Below are positions 11,901-24,300 of a DNA stretch of 64,000 bases, piece after piece. Source of the stretch: Guillardia theta CCMP2712 (taxonomy: Eukaryota > Protista > Cryptophyta); NCBI RefSeq assembly GCF_000315625.1, contig NW_005434670.1:82237-146236 (forward strand). The letters are read 5' to 3'. Below the pieces are notes generated by a model. That model was given only the letters and a program-made list of their open reading frames with translations, was not told the DNA's origin and ran no database searches. The first letter of the stretch is position 1; each line of letters begins with the position of its first letter. Both the position numbers and the translations under genes were made by a program.

Positions 11901-14900
11901 CAACTGAATCTGTACGTGTGCGGCATGTGCGATGATACTGTTGCTGTTGTTGTTGTTGTTGCGGTTTGTTGGTGCTGGTGGTGTTCAAAGGATGATTGCA
12001 AAGTTATTGGTGTCTTTCACAGAATTCACGACATCAACAATCAGCTGTTGATGGAGAAGGATCGACAAGATCTGCAAGGCGAGGTCGACAACCTCAGGTG
12101 CTGAAACAATTCCTCATCCATGTAGGGAGATGGAGCAATCTGACATGTGACAAACAGAAGGGAGAATTCGACGTTGAGGGATTGTTTGCACGAGCAGAAC
12201 AATGTCTTGAGGGATTTTATGCAAGAACACATCCAACTCCTCGTAGTCATGAACAAAACGGTCGGAACAGCGTACCTTTTGAACACTCCTCCTCCTCCGC
12301 CTATCCTTCTCCTCCTCCTCCTCTCCTCCTCCTTCTCTCGTTTAAATGAGTTCTGTTAGGAAACGGCTGAGGTTGTCAGGCAAGGAGCTCTGCAAATGGC
12401 CCTGGGCGAAGCACAAAGACAAGTGAGAAGAACCGCAAGAAAGCGTTTCCTGTCTTCATCCTCCCTCCCTCCTTCCATCCTTCTTCTGCCTCCTCCTTTC
12501 TTCTCTCCTCTCCCCCTCCCTCCCTCCCTCCCTCCCTCCCTCTCCTCCTTTCCTCTTCCTCCTTCCTCTTTCCCTTTCCCTCACTCTCCCTCCGTTTTTC
12601 TCTCACCATTTTCCCACCTCAATCCTTTATCCCACCTCAATTTCACTTGCTCTCTGTTTTCGTCCCTCCACCACCACCACCTCCTCCTTCTTGTTCTCGT
12701 TCTCGTGCTCACCCGAACCCCAGCTGGAGCGGAACTGCTGGAGCATCGACCAGCTGCAGGGGGAGCTGAAGCGGACGCTGCAGGGGAAGGAGGAAGAGGA
12801 GGAACGGTTCCTTTCTGCGCTTGCAGAAGAAAGAAGTGCAAGTTTACAGCAGAAGAAGCAGCTCCAGGGGGAGCAAGTCAAGGTTTGATATCTTCCTCCT
12901 CCCCTTGTCTGCTCCTCCTCATTCCTCACACCTCCTCTCCTCACCCATCGCCTCCTTTCCCTCCTCTCCTCTCCTCTCCTCTCCTCTCCTCTCCTCTCCT
13001 CTCCTCTCCTTTTGTATAGAGAAAAATATATATATAAATATATATGAGGATANNNNNNNNNNNNNNNNNNNNNNNNNNNNNNNNNNNNNNNNNNNNNNNN
13101 NNNNNNNNNNNNNNNNNNNNNNNNNNNNNNNNNNNNNNNNNNNNNNNNNNNNNNNNNNNNNNNNNNNNNNNNNNNNNNNNNNNNNNNNNNNNNNNNNNNN
13201 NNNNNNNNNNNNNNNNNNNNNNNNNNNNNNNNNNNNNNNNNNNNNNNNNNNNNNNNNNNNNNNNNNNNNNNNNNNNNNNNNNNNNNNNNNNNNNNNNNNN
13301 NNNNNNNNNNNNNNNNNNNNNNNNNNNNNNNNNNNNNNNNNNNNNNNNNNNNNNNNNNNNNNNNNNNNNNNNNNNNNNNNNNNNNNNNNNNNNNNNNNNN
13401 NNNNNNNNNNNNNNNNNNNNNNNNNNNNNNNNNNNNNNNNNNNNNNNNNNNNNNNNNNNNNNNNNNNNNNNNNNNNNNNNNNNNNNNNNNNNNNNNNNNN
13501 NNNNNNNNNNNNNNNNNNNNNNNNNNNNNNNNNNNNNNNNNNNNNNNNNNNNNNNNNNNNNNNNNNNNNNNNNNNNNNNNNNNNNNNNNNNNNNNNNNNN
13601 NNNNNNNNNNNNNNNNNNNNNNNNNNNNNNNNNNNNNNNNNNNNNNNNNNNNNNNNNNNNNNNNNNNNNNNNNNNNNNNNNNNNNNNNNNNNNNNNNNNN
13701 NNNNNNNNNNNNNNNNNNNNNNNNNNNNNNNNNNNNNNNNNNNNNNNNNNNNNNNNNGGAGGGCTGCAGGTCGAAACGTGAGATTGACGAGGGGTGGAAC
13801 ATGCAAGGAGAAGTTTCTGGGTGACATTCGTTGCTGATCTTCACCGCAGAGATTGAAAACTCAATCCTGGCAATATCGAGGAGGGTGAGAGCGAGCGGAG
13901 CTGTTGTTGATGATGATACTGTTGACTCAGATGCAAGAAGAAGTGCCGATGGTGAAATCGGAGATGGAAGAGATGCAGGAAAGAAATGGAAGATTGCACC
14001 ACTCTGACTGACATGATGTCTTTCCAGATGGAGTTGTCGAGAGTTTGTGTTGAGGTCAGCATCATCGCTGTGATGCAGGAGGGTGTGACGTCATTGCAGT
14101 TGGAGGAAGAGATGGGAAAGATGAGAGAAATGCTGGAGCTACAAGCTTCTCTCCGACGAGACAACGAGGACCTGAGACGACAACTTGACGATCTCAACAG
14201 GTAGACTTGCAAGCTTGTCATGCTCCGGAACCACGAGAGCGATACGATAAAATTCTCTGAAATCTGTCCTCCTCCTCCTCCTCCTCCTCCTCCTCCTCCT
14301 CCTCCTCATCCGTTGCGACCTCCTCCTCCTCCTCCTCCGCTGCGACTTCCTCATCATCCTACTTACCCTTTCTTGTTTACCTCCTCTCCTTCCCTCCCTC
14401 CCTTCTCCCCATTCTCTCTTCTCTTTCTTCTCCTTCTCTCGGGCTCTTTCTCTTCTTATTCTTCGTCTTCAGATCGAAGAGCGAACTTTTGATCTCCTGG
14501 CACTCACCCGAAGAATTTGCTAAGTTGAAGAAGGAGAAGGAAGAGGCAGAGGTGAGGACGATGACGAGGACTAGGAGGAAGAGGAGAAGGAGCAGGAGCT
14601 GTAAGTTTCTGACGAGCAAGTTGTTCAGCTCGTCGTTGCGTCAGCCCAGCAGCAGCTGGAGGAAGAATCGAGTCGTTTCGAGCGGGTGACACCCTCCTAG
14701 TCCAGCTGGAGCTGAGCAGACCGCAGGAAGTGATGGAGGCGAAACAAGCTCGAGAGGGAGCCGTTGAGAAAGTACGAGAAGGAGGAGGGGGGGAGGAGGA
14801 GGAGAAGGAGGGGGAGGGGAGGTGGGGGAAGGGGAGGTTGAGGTCAGTCAACTTATTTCATCCCTTTAGATTAATTTCCTAGAGAAGAGGATGGATGAAT

Positions 14901-15710
14901 TTGCGAGAGGAATGACGAGCAAGGCAAGCGTTACCATCCTGCTTCTCCCTCCCTTCTTCTCCTCCTCAGAATCTGTTTATATTCTTCCTCCTCCTCCTCT
15001 ACCTCCTCCACCTCTACCTCCTCCTCCTCCTCCTCATTCTCTTCCTCCTGTTCTCTTCATCTCTCCATGTTGCTTTTCTGATTTTCCAGCAGGTCAAGCA
15101 AGTCCAGCAAACAAATATGATCAGATACTGGACCAAAGAGAGGCAAACCATCCTCTTCCTCCTTTTCCCTCTCCTCCCCTCCTCCTGCCCCTTCCCCTTT
15201 CCCTTCCTTCATCCTCCCCTTCTGTCACCTTATTTCTCTCTATCTCTCTTAGTTTTCTCCTTTCTCCTTCCCTTCTCTCCTCTGCTCCTTCTCATCCTCC
15301 TCCTCATCTGTTCGCAGGAACACTTTCCTTCAAAGTTCCTTTCGGCTCTTTGAGCTCGCAGTTTACATGTCGCAGACATTGAAGCAAGAAATTACTTCAC
15401 AGGTGAGGGGGCAAGCAGTCTCCTCCTCCTCCTCCTCCTCCTCCTCCTCCTCCTCCTTATCTTGATCCTCCTCCAACTGCTGCCGCTGCTGCTGCTGCTA
15501 TTACTTGCTACTGTGTCTTTTCCCTGTCCCCTCCTCCATTACTGCTTTCTTTTCCTCCTTCCCTCTCCCTCTCCCTCTCCCTCTCCCTCTGACTCTGCTT
15601 GTTTCTCCTCAGGTTTTCGTGCGTCAGTGCCGCTATGAGCGCGTCAGTTCCGTTCGCTTCCTGTGGGCCTGGAGGTTTGGAGCTTCTCAGATGCTCAACG
15701 AAAGGAAGGT
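6380..15710 (+). CDS. Large multi-exon hypothetical protein (possibly two genes): possible IPT/TIG-like segment, acidic low-complexity region, long coiled coil; interrupted by gaps
   Basis: Chain of + strand exons with splice signals (e.g. 10084-11112, 11284-11438, 12724-12882) rich in E/K/R/Q heptads; IRLTTP...VHLSPSHDGISF resembles the end of an IPT/TIG fold. Boundaries uncertain. Confidence 0.55.
13053..13757. other. Assembly gap (705 N)
   Basis: N run directly in sequence, preceded by (CCTCT)n and (TA)n. Confidence 1.
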
Positions 15711-15726
15711 GAACGTGATACTCGGA

Positions 15727-15759
<33 letters not shown>

Positions 15760-15806
15760 GCAGGGAGGAGAGAGTTAAGGAGGAGGAGGAGGAGGAGGAG
15801 GACAAG

Positions 15807-15906
15807 NNNNNNNNNNNNNNNNNNNNNNNNNNNNNNNNNNNNNNNNNNNNNNNNNNNNNNNNNNNNNNNNNNNNNNNNNNNNNNNNNNNNNNNNNNNNNN
15901 NNNNNN
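15807..15906. other. Assembly gap (100 N placeholder); others at 31841-31940, 40332-40431, 48720-48819
   Basis: Runs of exactly 100 N, mostly adjacent to simple repeats. Confidence 1.
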
Positions 15907-17210
15907 GATTCGAAACCTTTGAAAAATGCGAAGAATCCTCCCTCGCTCCTTATGTCTCGAACCACCTGCCGCCCACAATCACCTTCCTCTGCCATTTCTT
16001 CCTCTTCCCTCCTCTTTCCCACCCTCCATTCCTCTCCCTCTTCTTCCTCTCCCTCTTCTTCCTCTCCCTCCTCCTCTCCCTCCTCCCTTCTGCTCCTTGT
16101 CCTCGTCCTGATCGTCCTGATTTTCACATCCTCCTACCTCGCTGATGGTGAGTTTCCTTCTCATCTCGTTTGCCTGCTTCAGTTCTCACTGACTCATATA
16201 GCCGCGACAAGACATGCAGCACAAGAGCGTTCATGTGAGCAAGGAGGTGGGAGAGATAGATACAACAGTATGTCGTAAAAGTGAGACAAACGTCATCGTC
16301 ATCGTCATCGTCATCGTCGTCGTCGTCATCATCATCATCATCGTCGTCGTCGTCGTCATCATCATCATCACCATCACCATCACCATCATCGTCATCATCT
16401 CCATCATCATCATATTGAACATCTTTTGTAGCAATAGCAGGAGCAAACAATCAAGCATAAGAACTCATATCCCGCATCAAGCGATGTCATCACAATCCTG
16501 CCTCCCCTCCTCTTCTCCTGCCTGCATGAGGATCTTCACTCGGTCCAGCGGCGCCGTCATGGTTCGGCTCACAGCTCCCGCCGTTATCCCTGCTAGCATG
16601 AACTTGAGCGTTCTTGCCGTCTGCTCGCGCAACTGAGGGGGCTCGTCCTCCCATCCTGTCTCCAGGTACGCGTCTGACGGCCTCCACTTGAGCATGCCGA
16701 CCCTCTTGGGGGGAGGGAACTTGTAGTCGAAGAGCAGCTCGGCTTCGATCTCCGTCTCATGCGACAGGATCTGACGAAAGCTCTCCTCCTCCATTCTTAC
16801 CCTCCTCTCCTCCTCTCGCGCGACCCCAGAATCCGCTGCCTGTCTCTTCCTCCTCCACGTTGTCAATCTTTCAAGTGGTCGTGCTGAGGAAGAGCAGGAA
16901 CTGCTCGACACAGTCACATACCAACAAGTCACATTCCAACAAAGCCGTGTCCTCCATTGACGCAGATTCTCTCTCATTAAAGCCTCCTGCAGTCCTTCAA
17001 GAGAATCTAGTAACTCAATTTCTTCGTGCTTGCGTCATCTCTCTCGCTTTCTCGCTCCCTCTCCCTCTCCCTCTCCCTCTCCCTACCTCCCTGGCTCCCT
17101 CTCTCTCCCTCCCTCTCTCCCTCCCTCCCTCCCTCCCTCCCTCCTCTCCCTCCTCTTCTCCTCAACTTTCCTTCTCTCCCTCTCGTCTTGCACCTTTCTC
17201 TCCATACCAT
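15907..17210 (-). CDS. Mitochondrial carrier family (SLC25) protein, partial; 3' part lost in gap
   Basis: FMLAGITAGAVSRTMTAPLDRVKILMQ contains the PX[DE]XX[KR] signature; splices (GC donor at ~16521) to ANEMRRKLTISE then VVRDIRSEGGFFAFFKG. Start uncertain. Confidence 0.85.
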
Positions 17211-17267
17211 ACAAGGGAGGCAAAGAAGTTACAGACCGTTACGTGAGCAAAGCCTGGGGGCCTCGGA

Positions 17268-17850
17268 ACTTGCCGGCATGCCGGCAAGTGACTCTTGCCG
17301 AGTAAAAGTACACTTGCCCGGCGGCCGGTATGCCGGCGCCCGCCGCACTGCCGTCACTGCGCCGCCGCACTGCCGTCACTGCGCCGCCGCACTTCCGTCA
17401 CTGCGCCGCCGCAGTGCCAGGTGCCACGGTGGCGGCGGCCTCCGGGCCCGCCCGGCCGCCCGGTCACGCCCCGCCTCAGTTGCCGCAGCTGTCAGACTCG
17501 GAGTACAACTGGCCCGGCGGGGCGCGGCCGCTCAGCGGCTGCCGCGTCACGCGGCCGCCCGGCGCCGAGTCACGGAGTCTGGGCCGGCCCGGGGCTCTCG
17601 GAGTCCAGAGTCACTGGCCACCGCCGTAGTACGCACGCGGCCCGGCCTGGCGGCGGGCCGCCGCGGGGGCCGGCAGCGGCCACCGTACGCCGGCGCACGC
17701 CCCGCAGTGCCGCCGGATGAGCCCCAGTCACCGGATCGTCGGATCATGAGTCAGGATGCCAGACGGTCACCGCACCTCACCGGGTCACAGTCACTGACGG
17801 TGCGCCGGGCGGGGCCCCGGCCCGGCCGCCCGGCTCGCGGCGGGCCCCGG
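17268..17850. repeat. GC-rich island 2 with a perfect 22-bp palindrome (17268-17289) and a 22-bp tandem repeat (~3.5 copies, 17338-17413)
   Basis: ACTTGCCGGCATGCCGGCAAGT; unit GCGCCGCCGCACTGCCGTCACT repeated. Confidence 0.75.
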
Positions 17851-18942
17851 AAAGTAATCCTATCATCCCCCTCATTCTCCAGTCCTCATGTACCCCCAGT
17901 CAGAGCTCAAGTACCCTTGCTTTAGTGGGAAAATACCGGTAATGCAGGGTTGCGGATCCTCTTTTGCCTCGGTGGGTGGTGCCATGTCAAGGGTGGGTTG
18001 ATGAAATGTTGCTTGTTCTCAAGGTGGGTACCCTACTACAGAATATTCTTAAGTTCTTACATATGTAATTTGATATACATGTTACCCTGGGCTCTGAAAC
18101 TTTGACCATGAGCTGTCACGGGTAGGGGTGATCAATAGATTGGGGTGGGGTATTCCGACGGTTTCAAATTGGCGATTATGCGGCCCGTAATGGCGAGGGA
18201 GCGGGTAGAGAAGAGAAGGTGGAGGGGGAGAGAAAATGCTAAGTAAGAATGACAGAGGAGAAAAGGAGGATACAACTTAGATGACCATGTGGATAATTGG
18301 TGTGACAGACAAACAGTAAACCGACCAACATACACAAGTCCGGTAAAACAGAGGAAAGGTTGGTTTGGTTGCGAGGGAGAAGGAACCGTAGAGCCATGCA
18401 TGCCAAGTGAAGTTACCATCATGATGATATGACTAGTTTATCAAGACATGTTCAACGTTAGGCAGAGGAAAGGCAAATAGCAGGACTGTGTGAAGGTTGT
18501 AAGACAGTGAGACAGGATGAATGTGGAAACGCAAGGAATCTTTCAATATGAGGATGAACTAAAAGAAAAAAACAAATTGATAGACGAGAAACAGAAGATG
18601 AAGAAAGCGTGGTTGGAAAGTTTTCTTTACTCTCGCATTTTCTCTCGTAGGATTCTTCAGTTCGATAACGAAATCCTAAACATTTTTATTTGGATCACAA
18701 GGATAAGTGTACTATATGTTTTAATGATATTCTCCTGCTTTCAGGTTAGAAGATTCGGAAAAATACGGGTGCTTACAGGTATTCAAAAGAAAGAAGCACG
18801 TTTTGCTTGTTTTCGACTGACATTGAGAGTGACAGTTATGGGATCAAGGGCGGCACAAATAATCTAAAGTTGATCTACACCCTCAGCTTCATACCGCATC
18901 GATATACTTGCTACTGCAACTTGACTTGATCAACTTTCAATC

Positions 18943-20210
<1,268 letters not shown>

Positions 20211-20424
20211 AGGATATAAGCTAACTAATGTAATATGTGATGAAATAAATCCCCGAAGTCAGTTGATTGATATGGATGTATGAAACGACTATCGAAAAGA
20301 GATTGGAACTTGACAAAATTCAGACTAAACCCTAAAACATAACATTTCAATAAGATTGACATTGAGATCGGGACACTTGTTTGAGACACATTCAGCTCCT
20401 CATTTATTTACAAGCGATGACTGT

Positions 20425-21185
20425 TTACTTGCAAAGACCAGTGTCGACGGCAGCAGCAGCACAGGACTTGAAGTTGGGGATCTGAGTGATGAACTCGATG
20501 GGTCCCTTGCCGGTGAGGAAGTAGTGGTGGGTCATGCCAGAGATGGCGATCATGGCAAGGCGGCCGTTCTTGACCTCAGTGACCTGGCGGCGAGCGAAGG
20601 TCTCGGGGTCGTTCTTGAGGCCAAGGGGATCGAAGCCGATGTCACCGGTTCCGTCGACAGTTCCGTTGGCGAGCTTGAGGAGGAAGGGGAGCTCAAGGAG
20701 GCCAATGAAGAAGAGAACCTGCCAGAGGGCGCCAGACTTGATGGCGGCGTCGTGGAGGCCCCACATCTTCTCGCCCTTGTACCACTTGTCGATGAAGGGG
20801 AAGTGGTAGAGATCCTGGACGATGGATCCGGTGGCGGCGAGCATGCAGATACGTCCGTGCTTGATCTCAGCCTCACGGGCCCAGATCACGTCACCGACAG
20901 CTCCGAAGAGTCCTCCGTTGACGGCCCAGTCAGCACCCTCGCTGTCCCAGGCGGGAAGGCCATCAGAGCGGTAGGAAAAGCGGTTGCTCTGCATGGACAT
21001 CTTGCTGACAGCGGAAGCGCCTGTTCAGAACAAACATCAGCATGAACACTCTTTTGGTCCTCCCTAGCACCCTCAACCCTCTAAGTACAAGATTGGTACT
21101 CACGGTTAGCACGGATGGGGAGGGACGAAGGAGCGAAGGCGGCGGCCGAGGCGGCGAGGCCGAGGAGAGCGCATGCGCGGATCAT
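20425..21185 (-). CDS. Light-harvesting chlorophyll a/c-binding protein (LHC), plastid-targeted; 2 exons
   Basis: Exon 21185-21104, intron 21103-21021, exon 21020-20425; leader MIRACALLGLAASAAAFAP (ASAFAP type); REAEIKHGRICMLA, GFDPLG, EVKNGRLAM motifs. Confidence 0.96.
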
Positions 21186-22133
21186 GGCGGCTTCTGCCCT
21201 CCGCTCCTCTTCCCTTGCTTAAGAAGGGAACGCTCTCCCCCTCCCCCTACCCCACCTTCTTGCTATCCTACCCCTCTTCTGTACCCTACCCCAAGCAAAT
21301 CGGCCTATCTCTTGTCCCACCCCCTTGCTGGTCCTTCTCTCCCTGCCTTGGGCTCTAGGAAATTCAGCTGGTCATACCGAGTATAACCACCACTTCCTAG
21401 GGGAAGTTTTTACCTATACCACCCCCCTGGATTCATAGGAACGATCACCCCACCTACTTGGACAATGTGAAGACCCAACGAGCATTTGTCGGTCCCACAT
21501 TCGACCCTACCCCCTGTCATTGTTGCTCGACTTGTAGGGGTATCGGGCCGCCAGGGTGCTTCTGAAGGTTATCAGTACAAAGATCTTTGGGGAATAGGGG
21601 GTGGGGGTTATCGAATAACTTTTTAGTATTTTAACAGTACCAGAACCCTCACAGGTACAAATTTGTTGCAGCAGAGTGTAGAAGGGACGATATTGAATCC
21701 GATAGGTAACCCAGGAATACATCTATTTTAAACTCATTACGAGTTTTACAGTACCGACAGGGGTACCAAGTACGCTTAAAATTGTTTTAATGGTTGTTGT
21801 ATAGAAGTGAAAGAAACTCCGTTGCGGCCCATCAAAGCGCCAAAGGTTGCAGTTTCGAGAATCGTTCGGCCATCGTAAACCCGTAATTTCACAGGATCCT
21901 CATGTACAAGTGTATTGTAAGCCTGAAAACTCTCCCCAATATTTCATATTTGATTCCTCTTCCCGAATATCTTCTATGATTTTTCAGTGTTGTAGCTTGC
22001 TGATTGGCTTTACTTGCTTGCTCGTCAATCCCTGGCATGGGCCCCGTCTTTAAAACGATTTTGTTACTTTCTTTTTAACTAATGCATCTAAATTTATTCG
22101 GTCCTATCGTTTCCTGACCCACCCCCCAACAAA

Positions 22134-22155
22134 TCCTCGTGACATGTCACGAGGA
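22134..22155. promoter_or_regulatory. Perfect 22-bp palindrome between the divergent LHC genes
   Basis: TCCTCGTGACATGTCACGAGGA; palindrome is certain, regulatory role is only inferred. Confidence 0.4.
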
Positions 22156-23401
22156 CTGAGCCCACCCCGAAGACCCCACCCCCTCGGATGTTACCCCTTT
22201 TCTTCGAACCAACCTTCCACCCTTCGAATTGCAGCAATCAGATTACACCACCCTCCATCAAGGCCTCAGGTAAAGGAGCCCCAGCGACCGCATTGAAGTC
22301 TCTTGTTTCATCTTTTCGGCATTCTTGTACCAAGGCCTTCCCTTCAACCTCTCATCCAAAAATCCTTTGCCGAGTACCCTTGCATACCCCCACCCCACAC
22401 TTCATCATCTTTTTTTTCTTCCTTCCTTTGTCTTATTTTACTCTGACAGCTCCCCTGTTATTGGGAAAGGGGGTGGGTCCACGGGGTACCTTGCAGGTGT
22501 TTGAAACGAAACTACTCTTTTTCGATCGCCACTTGGACATGGGTGGGTGGCTACTTGGGGCGTATCAGATCCGGAACTGGGGTGGGTGGTCTGTTTATTT
22601 ACAAGCATTTGTTAACTGTTAAAAGTCTTCAGCTCCCTACCTGTATTTTTAAAATGTGTTTCTGTTTTAACAAAAACTACTTTTATTCAATAATGAGTTT
22701 TACGATGCTTGCCAATGACATCTTTTGACGATAAGTCGCATCCGGCAGGGGTACATAATTAATCAGGGTGGGTGCTTCTTGGTCCTTCTTGTAGCTGGTT
22801 GCACCCACTTACGACCGATTGTAACCATACTAAACTTTATACAATATATTGAGTAATCTATATGTGGTTGAAATTCAATTATATTACACGAGGTATTTCG
22901 ATATGTTCGAAGAAGCAAGGCACAGCGTCCGAAAATATTCATTCGGTCTTAAACTCGTAAGAGCAGTACTGGGTTCCTACCTGGTACAAATTTAATAAAG
23001 GTCCAAAAAGGGGTTTGTTACTCTTCTTACACTTTTAAATTGAGATACCGAAGTCGTTTTAAATTCTGTACCTATCCTACAAGATTGGTACCATGAACTA
23101 CCAGTCTCTCTACCACCCTCATAGTACCAGAGTGACCACCACCCCCTTTTTGAATACCACCCCTTGACGAAACTTACCCCACCTATCTCAGGCAATGAAC
23201 CATGGGCCTTTCACCCACTCTTTCCCCTTGGAAATGACCTGACCGGTACCCACCCCTACCTTGAATAGCCTCTCATTTCTCTGACACCCCTACCCATTTT
23301 CTTCCCACAAAGGACTACCCCACCCCCATCGTTCCCTGCTCCCCCGCCCTCCTCCTACTTAACCCCCGAGGCGACGGCGCTGCAGCACCAGAGCCGCCGC
23401 C

Positions 23402-24118
23402 ATGTTCCGTGCTCTCCTTCTTGCCGCCTGCATGGCCTCCGCCTCGGCTTTCATGCCGACCACCTCCGTCCTCCCCAAGGCTGCCACTGCCCGCGCTGCC
23501 GTCTCCCGTGGACCCAGCATGCAGGACCGCTTTGCCTACAAGACCTCCTGCGGATATGACATTGAGGCTCCCTACTGGGCTGTCAACGGAGGAGTCTTTG
23601 GATGGCCGGACGTGATCTGGGCTCGTGAGGCTGAGGTCAAGCACGGACGCATTGCTATGCTCGCCGCCACTGGTCTCATCGTCCAGGACCTCTTCACCTT
23701 CCCCTTCTACAGCAAGTGGTACACCGGCGAGAAGGTCTGGGCCCTCCACGACAAGCTCGTCAAGGTTGGCGCTGCCTGGCAGGTTCTCCTCTTCCTCTTT
23801 GCCCTCGAGATCCCCTTCATCCAGAAGGCCATTGACGGAACCCTCGATGGAACTGGTGACTATGGCTTCGATCCCCTTGGCCTCAAGTCCGACCGCCGTG
23901 CCGTGACTGAGATCAAGAACGGCCGCCTTGCCATGATCGCCTTCGGAGGAATGATGCAGCACTACCTCCTCACCGGCAAGGGACCTGTTCAGTTCATCAC
24001 CCAGATCCCCAACTTCAAGTCTTGCGTTGCCAACGCTGCCGCCCTCCCCGGCGCCAAGGTTGCTTCCCTCCCCTTCTTCGGCAAGACCCTCGAGGTTGCC
24101 TCTGCCCTCTGCAGGTAA
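23402..24118 (+). CDS. Light-harvesting chlorophyll a/c-binding protein (LHC), plastid-targeted, intronless paralog
   Basis: MFRALLLAACMASASAFMP leader; REAEVKHGRIAMLA, GFDPLG, EIKNGRLAM; closely similar to the LHC at 20425-21185. Confidence 0.96.
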   Translation: MFRALLLAACMASASAFMPTTSVLPKAATARAAVSRGPSMQDRFAYKTSCGYDIEAPYWAVNGGVFGWPDVIWAREAEVKHGRIAMLAATGLIVQDLFTFPFYSKWYTGEKVWALHDKLVKVGAAWQVLLFLFALEIPFIQKAIDGTLDGTGDYGFDPLGLKSDRRAVTEIKNGRLAMIAFGGMMQHYLLTGKGPVQFITQIPNFKSCVANAAALPGAKVASLPFFGKTLEVASALCR

Positions 24119-24300
24119 ATGTTGTGGCGTAGTGCATACAAAGGTTTGCTGGAAATAAAAACATGCTTACCGCAAGTTATGTTGTTACATCCATGGACAT
24201 TCTTCGCTTGTTCATATCTAAATTAGCCATGGAGATCGTGCAGTGTGCTGAATGTTCAGTGTGATCTTTTGAATCCTTGTTTTGGCAATGTTTATATACA

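Noticed and set aside
17338-17413. 22-bp repeats as a CRISPR array
   Set aside because: Head-to-tail repeats without spacers; eukaryotic context; no cas genes.
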